A stretch of DNA of 64,000 nucleotides from an uncultured Gemmatimonadales bacterium (GTDB taxonomy: Bacteria > Gemmatimonadota > Gemmatimonadetes > Gemmatimonadales > GWC2-71-9): NCBI GenBank assembly GCA_963798915.1, contig CAWCVB010000003.1, positions 1 through 64,000 on the forward strand, read 5' to 3'. A program made the position numbers and the translations under genes. The notes beneath the pieces were generated by a model. The model was not told where the DNA came from and did no database searches. It worked only from the letters and a program-made list of their open reading frames with translations. Below are positions 52,740 to 62,850 of this stretch, piece by piece (position 1 is the first letter of the stretch; each line of letters starts with the position of its first letter).

Positions 52740-53179
52740 CCGTTGCGCTCCAGGATCATGGTGACAGGACCGTCGTTGCAGATATCCACCTCCATCATGG
52801 CGCCGAATCGGCCAGTTTCCACCGTGAGCCCCTGCGCGCGCAATGCGGCAACGAACTGTTCGTAGAGCGGCTCCGCCATTTCCGGCCTGGCGGCGTCCAC
52901 GAACGACGGGCGGCGCCCCTTCGCGGCGTTGCCATAGAGCGTGAACTGGGAAATAGCGAGCACCGATCCGCCCACGTCGAGGAGGCCGAGATTCATCTTG
53001 CCATCCCGGTCAGGAAAGAGCCGCAGCCCGGCCACCTTTTCGGCCATCCACGCCACGTCGGCCGGGCTGTCCGCGTGAGACAGGCCGACCAGCAGGCAAT
53101 AGCCCACACCGATCGCTCCCACCGTCGCGGAATCCACCCGGACGCTGGCGCGCGATACACGCTGCAGGACGACACGCAT
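52736..53179 (-). CDS. dtd: D-aminoacyl-tRNA deacylase
   Basis: [31 protein letters not shown]. Confidence 0.96.
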   Translation of the reverse strand: MRVVLQRVSRASVRVDSATVGAIGVGYCLLVGLSHADSPADVAWMAEKVAGLRLFPDRDGKMNLGLLDVGGSVLAISQFTLYGNAAKGRRPSFVDAARPEMAEPLYEQFVAALRAQGLTVETGRFGAMMEVDICNDGPVTMILERNG

Positions 53180-53354
53180 GGCAAGCTCCCCCATGGAGTC
53201 TGAGGCTGGGCACAGTGACGCCAGCCGGCCTGAGAGGGACCGAATGAGCCGCTTCAGCAGCTCATTCGGCTTTTCACGTTACACTGGGCTGCACTTGACA
53301 GGAACAGGCCCGGCCCTAGCGTCCAGCTGATTCATCTACCCAGAGGAGGTTCCG

Positions 53355-53645
53355 GTGCCCCTGTTCATCATCGAGCGTCACGTGCCCGGCGTGCACACGC
53401 TCTCCGCCGAGGAGCTGGCCAAGGTCTCGGCCAAGTCCAACGCCGTACTCGACCAGCTTCCACGCACCATCCAGTGGATGCAAAGCTACGTAACGGAGGA
53501 CAAGCTCTACTGCATCTATCGCTCGCCCAGCGAGGAACTCATCCGGACGCATGCCATTACCGGCGGCTTCCCGGCGGACCGTATTGCCCGCTTCGATACG
53601 ATCATCGGCCCGCAAACGGGAGACGCCGTCGGCGGCAGTTCCTGA
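53355..53645 (+). CDS. DUF4242-like small protein
   Basis: AGGAGG RBS; FIIER..PG, IQW..SYV..DK.YCIY.SPSEE.IR.HA..GGFPADRI. Confidence 0.8.
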   Translation: MPLFIIERHVPGVHTLSAEELAKVSAKSNAVLDQLPRTIQWMQSYVTEDKLYCIYRSPSEELIRTHAITGGFPADRIARFDTIIGPQTGDAVGGSS

Positions 53646-53697
53646 GGGGCACGGCGCCACGCCGACCGGAATGTAAGGCTGGTCACAGCTGCCGGCG

Positions 53698-53862
53698 GTC
53701 ACGCTCAAGGGTGAAGTCGAAGACCGCCGGGCCAAGAGGCGGGCCGAGGACTGCGCGGAGCAGATCCTGGGTGTCCGCGATGTCCACAACGAACTGCACG
53801 CCCGTCGTGGCTTCTGGCACACGCTGATGGGTGAGGACCGCGAGACGGCTCCGAGGGGGTAG
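53698..53862 (+). pseudogene. BON-domain gene remnant (3' half only)
   Basis: VTLKGEVEDRRAKRRAEDCAEQILGVRDVHNEL...APRG*; in-frame TAA 8 codons upstream and no standard start codon. Confidence 0.7.
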
Positions 53863-53995
53863 GGGTTCGGGAACAGGGAATAGGGATTGGGGAATAGGGG
53901 CGACGGAGCACGTAGCGCACAAGGGGACGAAACTCGTGACGAGTCCCGGCCCCCTTCTAGCGAACCCTGACCCCCACCCCCTGATCCCCAGCCCC
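53855..53995. repeat. Inverted pair of heptamer arrays (GGGNNNN x6.5 ... NNNNCCC x5)
   Basis: gggggta ggggttc gggaaca gggaata gggattg gggaata; cgaaccc tgacccc caccccc tgatccc cagcccc. Confidence 0.75.
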
Positions 53996-54002
53996 TACAG
54001 CC

Positions 54003-55838
54003 TCACTCCACCGTCACGCTCTTGGCCAGGTTCCTGGGCTGGTCCACGTTGCAGCCGCGTCGCACCGCCACAAAGTAGGCAAAGAGCTGCAGCGGGATGA
54101 TCGTCAGGATGGGCGAGAGCAGTTCGTGGGTTTCGGGAATCTCCAGGCAGGCTTCGGAAAGGCGCAGGGACTCGGCGTCGCACTGATTGACGACCGCGAT
54201 GACCTTGCCGCCGCGCGCCTTCACCTCTTCCATGTTCGACACGATCTTGCCGTAGACGGCGTCCCGCGGCGCGATGAAGACCACCGGCATCATCTCGTCA
54301 ATCAAGGCGATGGGCCCGTGCTTCATTTCCGCCGCGGGATAGCCCTCGGCGTGGATGTAGGAAATCTCCTTGAGCTTGAGGGCACCTTCCAGGGCGGCTG
54401 GGAAGTTGACACCACGCCCGAGAAAGAGCGCGTTGGGCGCGCGCACGTACCGCTCAGCCAACTTTTCGATTTCGTGGCGTTCCTTCTCCCGGTCCAGAAT
54501 GGCCTGGATCTGCTTCGGCAGCCGGCGCAGCTGCTGGATGAACTCGCGGCCCTGCAGGATGGACAGGTTGCGGAGCCTGGCAAACCGCAGCGCCACCAGC
54601 GCCAACGCGGCCACCTGGCTGGTGAAGGCCTTGGTGCTGGCCACACCCACTTCGGGGCCCGCGTGCAGATAGATGCCGCCGTCCACTTCGCGCGCGATGG
54701 TCGAGCCCACCACATTGACCAGCCCGATGGTACGGGCGCCGCGAAGCTTGGCCTCCCGGATGGCCGCCAGGGTGTCGGCGGTTTCGCCGCTCTGGGAAAT
54801 GCCGATCACCAGCGTCCGGCCGTCCACGACCGGGTTGCGGTAGCGAAACTCGGACGCGTACTCGACCTCCGTCGGGATCCGCGCCAGTTCCTCGAGCATG
54901 TACTCGCCGATCAGGGCCGAGTGCCAGGACGTGCCGCAGGCCGTGATGACAATCCGGTCAATGCCCTGGATGTCGTCATCCGAGAGATTGAGGCCGGTCA
55001 CGCGCGAGGTTCCTTCTTCCTCCAGCAGGTGCCCGCGAAGCGTATTCATGAGCGACTCGGGCTGCTCGAAGATTTCCTTCAGCATGAAATGCGCAAAGCC
55101 GCCGCGTTCGATCTTGGCGAGGTCCCATTCGATCTGATTGACTGGCTTCTCGATCTTGCGGGCATCCAGGTTGCGGATCCGATACCCGCCGCGGGTCAGC
55201 ACGGCCATCTCACCATCGTCCAGGTAGACCACCGAGCGGGTGTATTCCAGCAGCGGCGACGCGTCCGACGCAATGAAGTACTCGCCTTCGCCCACGCCCA
55301 CGAGCAGGGGCGAGCCCTTGCGCGCCGCGACCAGGACGTCCGGCTCCTGCTCGCAGATGAATGCCAGCCCGTAGGCCCCGTCTACCTCGCGCAGAGCGGT
55401 GGCGACCGCCTCTTCGAGGTTCCCGTCGTAGAACTCGCCCACCAGGTGGGCGAGGACTTCCGTGTCCGTTTCCGAGGAGAAGCTGTGCCCCCGCGTCTCC
55501 AGCATGGTGCGGATGGCCGAGGCATTCTCGATGATGCCGTTGTGAATGCAGGCGATCTGGCCATGCTGGTCGGTGTGCGGGTGGGCGTTGGGTGTGGTCG
55601 GGGCGCCGTGGGTGGCCCAGCGGGTGTGTCCGATGCCAAGAGTGCCTGCGGGCATCGCACCATTCAGCTGGGCCTCGAGCACCGAGAGCTTGCCCGAAGA
55701 CTTGTGCACCTCGAGGCCGTGCCCGTTGACAATCGCGATGCCGGCCGAGTCGTAGCCGCGATACTCCAGGCGCCGCAGTCCTTCGATGATGAGCGGACCA
55801 GCCTCGCGGGGTCCGATGTAGCCGACGATACCGCACAT
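54003..55838 (-). CDS. glmS: Glutamine-fructose-6-phosphate aminotransferase
   Basis: MCGIVG, LEYRGYDSAG, GHTRWATHG, SQSGETADT, PRNLAKSVTVE. Confidence 0.98.
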   Translation of the reverse strand: MCGIVGYIGPREAGPLIIEGLRRLEYRGYDSAGIAIVNGHGLEVHKSSGKLSVLEAQLNGAMPAGTLGIGHTRWATHGAPTTPNAHPHTDQHGQIACIHNGIIENASAIRTMLETRGHSFSSETDTEVLAHLVGEFYDGNLEEAVATALREVDGAYGLAFICEQEPDVLVAARKGSPLLVGVGEGEYFIASDASPLLEYTRSVVYLDDGEMAVLTRGGYRIRNLDARKIEKPVNQIEWDLAKIERGGFAHFMLKEIFEQPESLMNTLRGHLLEEEGTSRVTGLNLSDDDIQGIDRIVITACGTSWHSALIGEYMLEELARIPTEVEYASEFRYRNPVVDGRTLVIGISQSGETADTLAAIREAKLRGARTIGLVNVVGSTIAREVDGGIYLHAGPEVGVASTKAFTSQVAALALVALRFARLRNLSILQGREFIQQLRRLPKQIQAILDREKERHEIEKLAERYVRAPNALFLGRGVNFPAALEGALKLKEISYIHAEGYPAAEMKHGPIALIDEMMPVVFIAPRDAVYGKIVSNMEEVKARGGKVIAVVNQCDAESLRLSEACLEIPETHELLSPILTIIPLQLFAYFVAVRRGCNVDQPRNLAKSVTVE

Positions 55839-55852
55839 CGCTCAGGTGTTCC

Positions 55853-57212
55853 TCAGGTCAGCAGGGTTCGCGCCGTGTCGATCAGTGCCTCGGCGTCGGT
55901 CGCGGTCGGTGCCTCGGCGATCAGCCGGACGATCGGTTCGGTGCCGGAAGGGCGGACATGGAGCCATCGGTCGGCCCACGACAGCCGAAGACCGTCACGC
56001 TCATCCGCCTCTGCCTTCGGCCACCTCGCCCGGAGCGAGTCATACAACCGCCGAAGGTCTGACCCGCGCGGCGCCTTTGCCTTGACTATGGCATATCGCG
56101 GTGCGGCATCGATCAGGGCGGAGAGGCTCGTACCCGATTGGGCTAAGTAGTGCAAAATCAAGGCCATACCGAGCGGCGCGTCACGGCCGATGTGGAGGGC
56201 CGGCAGCATGACACCGCCGTTGCCCTCACCGCCGATCACGGCGCCCTCATCCCTGATGGCGCGCGCCACGTTGGCCTCGCCCACCGGCGCCCGGACCACG
56301 CGTGCGCCCATGGCCCTGGCCGCATCCTCAACAACCAGGCTGGTCGACAGGTTCACGACGACCGGACCTGACGAAGCTGTCGCGCCACCCAGCACCGATC
56401 GGACCGCCAGCGCCAGGGTGTAGTCTTCGCCGACCGGATTGCCAAGTTCATCCACCAGGGCGAGGCGATCCACGTCGGGGTCGACCGCCATGCCAATATC
56501 CGCATGCTGCTCACGGACGCTGCGAGCCAGATCACCGAGATTGGCCGGCACCGGCTCCGGCGCCCGGGGAAAGCGGCCGTCAGGCTCCAGGTTGATGCCA
56601 AAGACCTCGCATCCAAGTTCCCGAAGGAAGGAGGGAATGCAGGCGCCGCCGGCTCCCCGCACGGTGTCGAGCGCCACGCGAAAGCGTCGCGCCCGAATGG
56701 CATCTACATCCACCAGCGGCAGCGCCAGGATGGCCTGGAAGTGCCGCGAGACGGCATCCGGATCAAGCTCGATGCTGCCGATGCCATCCCAGCCCCGGCG
56801 AGGCGGACCTTGCTCGGCGAGCGTTCGGACTGCCTCGCCGGACTCCGCGTCGAGAAAGATCCCGTCCGGGCCGACAAACTTGAGCGCATTCCACTCGATG
56901 GGATTGTGACTGGCGGTGAGAATCAGGCCGGCACCGGCTCGGTGATGCTCGACCGCCATCTGCACGGTGGGCGTCGGCACCATCCCGACATCAACCACCG
57001 TGGCGCCTACGCTCATGAGACCGGCCGCAGCGGCATGGGTGAACATGGCGCCACTGGTGCGCGAATCACGCCCAAGCACCACGCGCGGCTTGCCCGCCGG
57101 CCACCGCCCAGGCGCCAAGCGCGGCGGCGTGGCGCGCCACCAGTTCGGGTGTCAGGTCGGACCCGACGTGTCCCCGCATCCCGGAGACGCTGATCATCAG
57201 TGTGTCAGACAT
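55853..57212 (-). CDS. glmM: Phosphoglucosamine mutase / phosphomannomutase (one apparent frameshift near 57105)
   Basis: SVSGMRG in one frame; GRDSRTSG, TASHNP, DPDVDR, GGEGNGG, RPSGTEP in another; adjacent to glmS. Confidence 0.88.
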
Positions 57213-57231
57213 GGGGATGGCCGGGAAGGTG

Positions 57232-58284
57232 TCAGGCGCGAATGGGATGGCGCGTGAGTTCGGGATGGGCGCGCACGAAGGCCTCGACCACGGGCAGGTC
57301 GAACTGGGAGCCGGCGGCGTGACGGAGTTCCTCGATCGCGGCCACGGCGGTGCGTGAGGGACGATACGCACGATTGGTCGTCATCGCGTCGTAGGCATCG
57401 GCCACCGCAACGATGCGGGCCTCGAGCGGGATCTCGTCACCAACCAGCCCGTCGGGAAAACCGGTGCCATCCATCCGCTCGTGATGCGAGCGAACGATCC
57501 GGAGCACCCGGGGCTGAGCGGCGAGGAAGGGCTGCAGGATCCGCTCACCCAGCATCGCATGGAGCTTGACGTGCTCGAATTCGTCCGGCGTGAGTGGCCC
57601 GGGCTTGTGCAGCACCGTCTCCCGGATGCCGATCTTGCCGATGTCGTGCAGCCGGCTGCCGAGATCCACCTCGGCCAGCGCATCGTCAGTGAAGCCGAGC
57701 TGCACGGCGGTCTTGACGGCAAACTCCTTGACCCGAAGCGAATGACCGCTGGTATAGGCATCCTTGGCTTCGAGCGCGAACACCAGCATTTCAACACCGT
57801 TCAGGAGCGACTGGCGATTGCGCTGGTCGAGTTCCTTGACCCGCGATTCGAGCGTCTGCTGGTACATCCGGTTCTGCAGCACCAGCGACCGCTTCTCCAG
57901 CGCGTTGGTGACGCGCGCGCGCACCTCATCCAGCATGACCGGCTTCGAGATGTAGTCCAAGGCGCCAAGCTGGAGGCACTCGACCGCGGTGGCGACCTCG
58001 GACACGCCAGTCAGCATGATGACGGCCATGTCAGGATAGAGCACGCGGACGCGGCGGAGGAACGTCACGCCGTCGATGCCGGGCATGAAGATGTCGGTGA
58101 TGCAGAGTGGCAACTCCCCGGTGCCCTCCAGCAGCGCGAGCGCTTCGGCGCCGTTGGATGCCTGGGCGCAGGTCAGACCCTGGCTCTCCACCGCCTTCGC
58201 CATGGCGTGCCGCACCTGCTGATCATCGTCAACGATCAGGCAGCGGGGCGTGGCGGGAATTCCGGACGAATCGGCAGTGATCAC
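57232..58284 (-). CDS. Response regulator with HD-GYP phosphodiesterase domain
   Basis: LIVDDD, ITDIFMP, YTSGHS.RV, LHDIGKIG, HHERMDGTGFP, VADAYDAMTTNRAYR. Confidence 0.93.
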   Translation of the reverse strand: MITADSSGIPATPRCLIVDDDQQVRHAMAKAVESQGLTCAQASNGAEALALLEGTGELPLCITDIFMPGIDGVTFLRRVRVLYPDMAVIMLTGVSEVATAVECLQLGALDYISKPVMLDEVRARVTNALEKRSLVLQNRMYQQTLESRVKELDQRNRQSLLNGVEMLVFALEAKDAYTSGHSLRVKEFAVKTAVQLGFTDDALAEVDLGSRLHDIGKIGIRETVLHKPGPLTPDEFEHVKLHAMLGERILQPFLAAQPRVLRIVRSHHERMDGTGFPDGLVGDEIPLEARIVAVADAYDAMTTNRAYRPSRTAVAAIEELRHAAGSQFDLPVVEAFVRAHPELTRHPIRA

Positions 58285-58386
58285 AGATGCCAAGGTAGGC
58301 AGTCACCGCCCCGGCAGCAACGGCGCTTGCCCTATGCAGTTGCCGGGCTTACGCTTGACCAACCTTTGTCCCTCATGCACGGCGCC

Positions 58387-59553
58387 ATGACACATATTGA
58401 ATCGACCGACACCGGTTTTGCCTTCGCCACCAGGGCCGTGCACGCCGGCCAGGCGCCCGATCCAACGACCGGCGCCGTGATGACGCCGATTTACCAGACC
58501 TCGACGTACGTGCAGGCCGGCTTGGGCAGGCACAAGGGGTACGAATACGCGCGCACCCAGAATCCCACCCGCGAGGCGTGGGAGCGGTGCGTTGCCAGTC
58601 TCGAGGGCGCCGCCCATGGCTTTGCCTTCGCCTCGGGGCTCGCGTCACTCGATGCGGTCCTGAAACTGCTCTCCAAGGGCGATCACGTCATTTCCGGCGA
58701 GAACATCTACGGCGGTTCCCACCGGCTCATGCAGCAGGTCTACACCCGCCTGGGCCTCGAATTCACCTTCGTGGACATGCGTGACATTGCCAATGTCGAG
58801 CAGGCGCTCAGACCCGCCACCAGGGTGATCTACTGCGAGACCCCCACCAATCCCATGATGAACCTCGCCGATCTGTCGGCGGTGGGCGACCTGGCCAAGG
58901 CGCATGGGCTGGTGTACGTCGTGGACAATACGTTTGCCACGCCGTTCTTCCAGCAGCCGCTTGCCCACGGCGCCGACATCGTGCTGCATTCCACCACCAA
59001 GTACCTGAATGGCCATAGCGACATGGTGGGTGGCATGCTCGTCACGTCACGCGATGACCTGGCGGAGCGGATCGGCTTCCTGCAGAACTCGGCCGGGGCC
59101 GTGCCGGGGCCGATGGACTGCTGGCTGGCGCTCCGCGGCGTCAAGACGCTGCCGCTGCGAATGCGGCGCCACGACGAGAACGGCCGCACCATCGCCGACT
59201 GGCTCTCGCAGCAGTCCAGCGTGCGCAAGCTCTACTATCCCGGCCTTCCCTCGCACCCGCAGCACGAACTGGCCCGGCGCCAGATGAGCGGTTTCGGCGG
59301 GATGCTGTCGCTGGACCTTGGCGATGCCGCCAGGGCGCGCCGCTTTGTCGAGGCAACGAAGATCTTCGCGCTGGCCGAATCGCTGGGCGGCGTGGAGAGT
59401 CTGATCGGGCATCCTGCCTCCATGACGCATGCGTCGGTGCCGCGCCCCATGCGCGAAGCCATGGGGCTGACGGACAGCCTGATCCGCTTGTCCTGCGGGA
59501 TCGAGGATCCGGCCGACCTGATCCAGGATCTGGAGCGTGCTCTTGCCGCGTAG
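58387..59553 (+). CDS. Cystathionine gamma-lyase/synthase family PLP enzyme
   Basis: TPIYQTSTY, YEYARTQNPTR, HSTTKYLNGHSD, AESLGGVESL. Confidence 0.92.
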   Translation: MTHIESTDTGFAFATRAVHAGQAPDPTTGAVMTPIYQTSTYVQAGLGRHKGYEYARTQNPTREAWERCVASLEGAAHGFAFASGLASLDAVLKLLSKGDHVISGENIYGGSHRLMQQVYTRLGLEFTFVDMRDIANVEQALRPATRVIYCETPTNPMMNLADLSAVGDLAKAHGLVYVVDNTFATPFFQQPLAHGADIVLHSTTKYLNGHSDMVGGMLVTSRDDLAERIGFLQNSAGAVPGPMDCWLALRGVKTLPLRMRRHDENGRTIADWLSQQSSVRKLYYPGLPSHPQHELARRQMSGFGGMLSLDLGDAARARRFVEATKIFALAESLGGVESLIGHPASMTHASVPRPMREAMGLTDSLIRLSCGIEDPADLIQDLERALAA

Positions 59554-59585
59554 CTAGATGCAGAGTGAAACAATTCTGGGCCAGT

Positions 59586-59646
59586 GGTCGTCAGTCATCG
59601 GTCGTCACTGGCGCGCCCGACGACTGATGACCGACGACTGACGACC
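59586..59646. repeat. Heptamer-built inverted repeat (hairpin)
   Basis: GGTCGTCAGTCATCGGTCGTCA pairs with TGATGACCGACGACTGACGACC. Confidence 0.8.
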
Positions 59647-59662
59647 CTCCGAAGGAGCCACC

Positions 59663-60677
59663 ATGACCTCCATCCCCGCCGCCCGTTCCCGGCGTACCTT
59701 TCCCGAAATTGCCGCCGTCAGCTGGGAGCACGCCGCCGATCGAGCCGCCCTGCAGGCACTGCGGGCCGTGCCTGGCGTCGACGAAGTGATCCGCAAGGTG
59801 CTGGCGATCCTCGGTGGCGAACGCGGCATTCGGCTCCTGTTTCAGGGCAACGCCGTCCGGGTGGGCGCCGACCAGTTTCCCCAGCTCTGGATGCGGCACG
59901 TCGAGATGTGTACCACCTTCGACTGGCCCAAGGTTCCCGAGCTGTACGTCTCCCAGACGCCATTCTTCAACGCCGGCGCATACGGTGTGGACGATCCATT
60001 CATCGTCCTTCATACTGCGGCGCTCGAGATCCTCGACGAGGATGAAATCCGGACACTGCTGGCGCACGAGCTCGGCCATGTGATGAGTGGGCATGCGCTT
60101 TATACCACCATCGCCGCCATCCTGGCGCTGGTCAGCCTGGGAGCGCTGCCGGTCATCGCGGCAATTGCGGTGCTTCCCGGTGCGGTTGGCTTTTCTCGAA
60201 TGGTCCCGCAAGTCGGAACTCTCCGCCGACCGCGCGGGCCTGCTGGGCATCCAGGATGTGACGATCGCGCAACGACTCGACATGAAGATGGCGGCTGGCG
60301 GACGAGGCGAAGAGTTCGTCGCTCAGCTCAACGTGAATGCCTTCATGGCGCAGGCCAACGAGTATGCCTACACCCATGAGGGACTGGATGTGGTCTACAA
60401 GCTGCTCAACACCCTGGCCCTGACCCACCCGATGCATACGGTGCGTGCCGCAGAGTTGCAGCGCTGGGTGGCCGCGGGGGAGTACGACCGTATCATGCGC
60501 GGGGAGTACACCCGCCGGGGCGATGAGGCCCGCCAGCGTCCGATCCGCGACGACATGGCCGCGGCCGGGAGCTATTACGGCAACGAGGCGCGCGAGCTGG
60601 CGCGCGACGTGGCGACGGCGGCCCGGCGGGTGGCCAGCGCCGCGGCGGATGCATTCAGGGGCAAGTCGGGTTCGTGA
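59663..60677 (+). CDS. M48-family zinc metallopeptidase (one apparent frameshift near 60178)
   Basis: AAGGAG RBS; WEH.ADRAAL, FFNAGAYG, LAHELGH; then WSRKSELSADRAGLL, THP..VRA.EL. Confidence 0.88.
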
Positions 60678-61954
60678 GGGTTCTGGTTGTCGGCGGGGGT
60701 GGGCGAGAGCATGCCCTCTGCTGGGCGGTCCGCCGGGAGCTGCCCAATGCCTCCCTCTACTGCGCCCCGGGAAACCCCGGCACAGCCGAGGTGGCGGACA
60801 ACCTGTCAATCGCGGCGGACGACCTCGACCGGCTGTCCGATGCTGCCGACATGTACGGGATTGACCTCGTCATTATCGGGCCGGAAGCCCCACTCGCACT
60901 CGGGCTGGCGGACCGCCTGCGTGCGGAGGGGCGAGCGGTCTTTGGCCCGTCCGCGGCCGCAGCCCAACTCGAGGCCAGCAAGGCCTTCTCCAAGGATGTC
61001 ATGCGCGCTGCGGGTGTTCCCACTGCTGCGAGCGGAACGTTCACCGAGCTCGCCCCCGCCCTCTCATTCATCGACAGCCAGCAGGAGCCGTTGGTCGTCA
61101 AGGCTTCGGGCCTGGCGGCGGGCAAGGGCGCCGTGGTGTGCGACACGCGCGCGGAGGCGCGGGCGACTGCGCGGGCCATGCTCCAGGAAGGGCAATTTGG
61201 TGCCGCCGGACACGCCATCGTGGTGGAGGCGTTCCTGGAGGGTGAGGAGCTGTCGGTCTTTGCGCTCACCGACGGCCGGGACGCGTTCCTGCTGCCGGCA
61301 TCCCAGGATCACAAGCGGCTCGGCGCGGGCGATACCGGACCCAACACCGGCGGCATGGGCGCCTACGCGCCGGTCTCGCTGGCAACCGACGCGCTTCTCC
61401 AGGCCGCGACCGATCGCGTCATCGCGCCCACGCTCGAGGAAATGCGCCGGCGCGGCACTCCCTTTACCGGACTCCTGTATGCCGGACTCATGATCAGCAC
61501 GGGTGGCGAGCCGAGCGTCGTCGAATTCAATTGCCGATTTGGCGATCCGGAGACCGAAGCGGTGCTGCCGCTGCTTGGCGACGGATTGGTGGATGCGCTG
61601 GAGAGTATCGCCCTGGGCCATGGCGTCCGTCCGGTCAAGCTCAGCGAAGGCCTGTCGGCGGTGACCACCGTGCTCGCGGCTCAGGGCTATCCCGAGTCGC
61701 CCCGCAAGGGCGCCGCCATCCGAGTCCCGGCCGATCTTCCCGAGGGTGTCATGGTCTTCCATGCGGGCACCGCGCTGGACCAGCACGGCAGCCTCCGGGC
61801 AAATGGCGGCCGCGTCCTGGCCGTCACGGGCGTGGCCTCGAGCTTCAACCATGCCCGCCAGTTGAGCCGGGAAGCAGCCGAAGCGATCGAGTTCGACGGG
61901 AAGGTCTTCCGCGATGATATCGGCTGGCGGGAGAGCGCGCGTCTCGCAGTCTGA
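60674..61954 (+). CDS. purD: Phosphoribosylamine-glycine ligase
   Basis: VGGGGREHAL, APGNPG, GPEAPL, KASGLAAGKG, QDHKR, GPNTGGMGAY, EFNCRFGDPE. Confidence 0.97.
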   Translation: MRVLVVGGGGREHALCWAVRRELPNASLYCAPGNPGTAEVADNLSIAADDLDRLSDAADMYGIDLVIIGPEAPLALGLADRLRAEGRAVFGPSAAAAQLEASKAFSKDVMRAAGVPTAASGTFTELAPALSFIDSQQEPLVVKASGLAAGKGAVVCDTRAEARATARAMLQEGQFGAAGHAIVVEAFLEGEELSVFALTDGRDAFLLPASQDHKRLGAGDTGPNTGGMGAYAPVSLATDALLQAATDRVIAPTLEEMRRRGTPFTGLLYAGLMISTGGEPSVVEFNCRFGDPETEAVLPLLGDGLVDALESIALGHGVRPVKLSEGLSAVTTVLAAQGYPESPRKGAAIRVPADLPEGVMVFHAGTALDQHGSLRANGGRVLAVTGVASSFNHARQLSREAAEAIEFDGKVFRDDIGWRESARLAV

Positions 61955-62005
61955 TCACCGCGCAAGACTCCCGTGAGGGAGTCCGTGCGAATATTTTCCG
62001 GATGA

Positions 62006-62830
62006 ATGCCGGAGCTTCCTGAAGTCGAAACTATCGTGCGCGATCTGCGGCCGTCGCTGGTAGGCCGGACCATCCTGCGCGCTCAGCTTTCTCATGACGA
62101 CGTCCTTCGCGGTGTCTCGCGCCGCACGCTGCTGACACGCCTGGCAGGTGCCACCGTCCAGGCGGTGGACCGCCGGGCCAAGCACGCGGTGGTGCAGCTG
62201 GACAGCCGCCGACTCGTCGTGCAACCGGGCATGACTGGCTCACTCACCGTGCAGCAACCGCCGCTACCCGAGGCCGAGCGCCGCTACGCGGTGCTCCAGG
62301 CGTCGCTCGATGACGGCCACACCCTGGTCTATCACGATGTCCGCCGTCTGGGTACGCTGCTCCTGCTCGACGAGGCCGGGTGGCAGCGCTACGACCGGGC
62401 GCTGGGGCCAGAGCCCCTCGACCCGGGTCTCTCCGACGAGGAGTTTGCCCGCCGGCTGGGCCGCTCGCGCCAGGCGGTGAAGAAGCTCATCATGGACCAG
62501 CGGGTGATGGTCGGAGTGGGAAACATCTATGCCAACGAGGCCCTCTTTGCGAGCGGGGTCGATCCGTCGCGGGCCGGCAATCGCGTTGCCACCGCCGAAG
62601 CGGCCCTTCTTCTCAGGGAAATCCGGCGCATTCTTCGCGCCGCCATCGACTCGCGCGGAAGCACGGTTCGGGACTATCGCACCGGCGCCGGCGATGCTGG
62701 CGGTTTCCAGTTTTCACTGCTGGTCTATGGCCGCGGCGGAGAACCGTGCGTGCGCTGCGGCACCAGGCTTACCGAGACTCACTTGATCGACGGCCGCACC
62801 ACCGTCCTGTGCCACAAATGCCAGTCCTGA
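62006..62830 (+). CDS. mutM: Formamidopyrimidine-DNA glycosylase
   Basis: MPELPEVET, GMTG, LGPEPL, GVGNIYANE, C-terminal CxxC..CxxCQ zinc finger. Confidence 0.97.
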   Translation: MPELPEVETIVRDLRPSLVGRTILRAQLSHDDVLRGVSRRTLLTRLAGATVQAVDRRAKHAVVQLDSRRLVVQPGMTGSLTVQQPPLPEAERRYAVLQASLDDGHTLVYHDVRRLGTLLLLDEAGWQRYDRALGPEPLDPGLSDEEFARRLGRSRQAVKKLIMDQRVMVGVGNIYANEALFASGVDPSRAGNRVATAEAALLLREIRRILRAAIDSRGSTVRDYRTGAGDAGGFQFSLLVYGRGGEPCVRCGTRLTETHLIDGRTTVLCHKCQS

Positions 62831-62850
62831 AACGCAGCCGGCGCGCCCGG

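Noticed and set aside
55839..55852. glmS ribozyme
   Set aside because: Only 14 nt separate glmM and glmS, leaving no room.
57090..57120. glmM (and M48 peptidase at ~60178) as true pseudogenes
   Set aside because: Single indels in GC runs of otherwise intact genes, one likely essential; probably consensus errors.
57481..58386. Long N-terminal extensions on ORF-track calls (57481-59553, 8587-9825, 62380-63927, 34283-35410)
   Set aside because: The extensions overlap real neighbouring genes, and family homology begins at the downstream starts used here.
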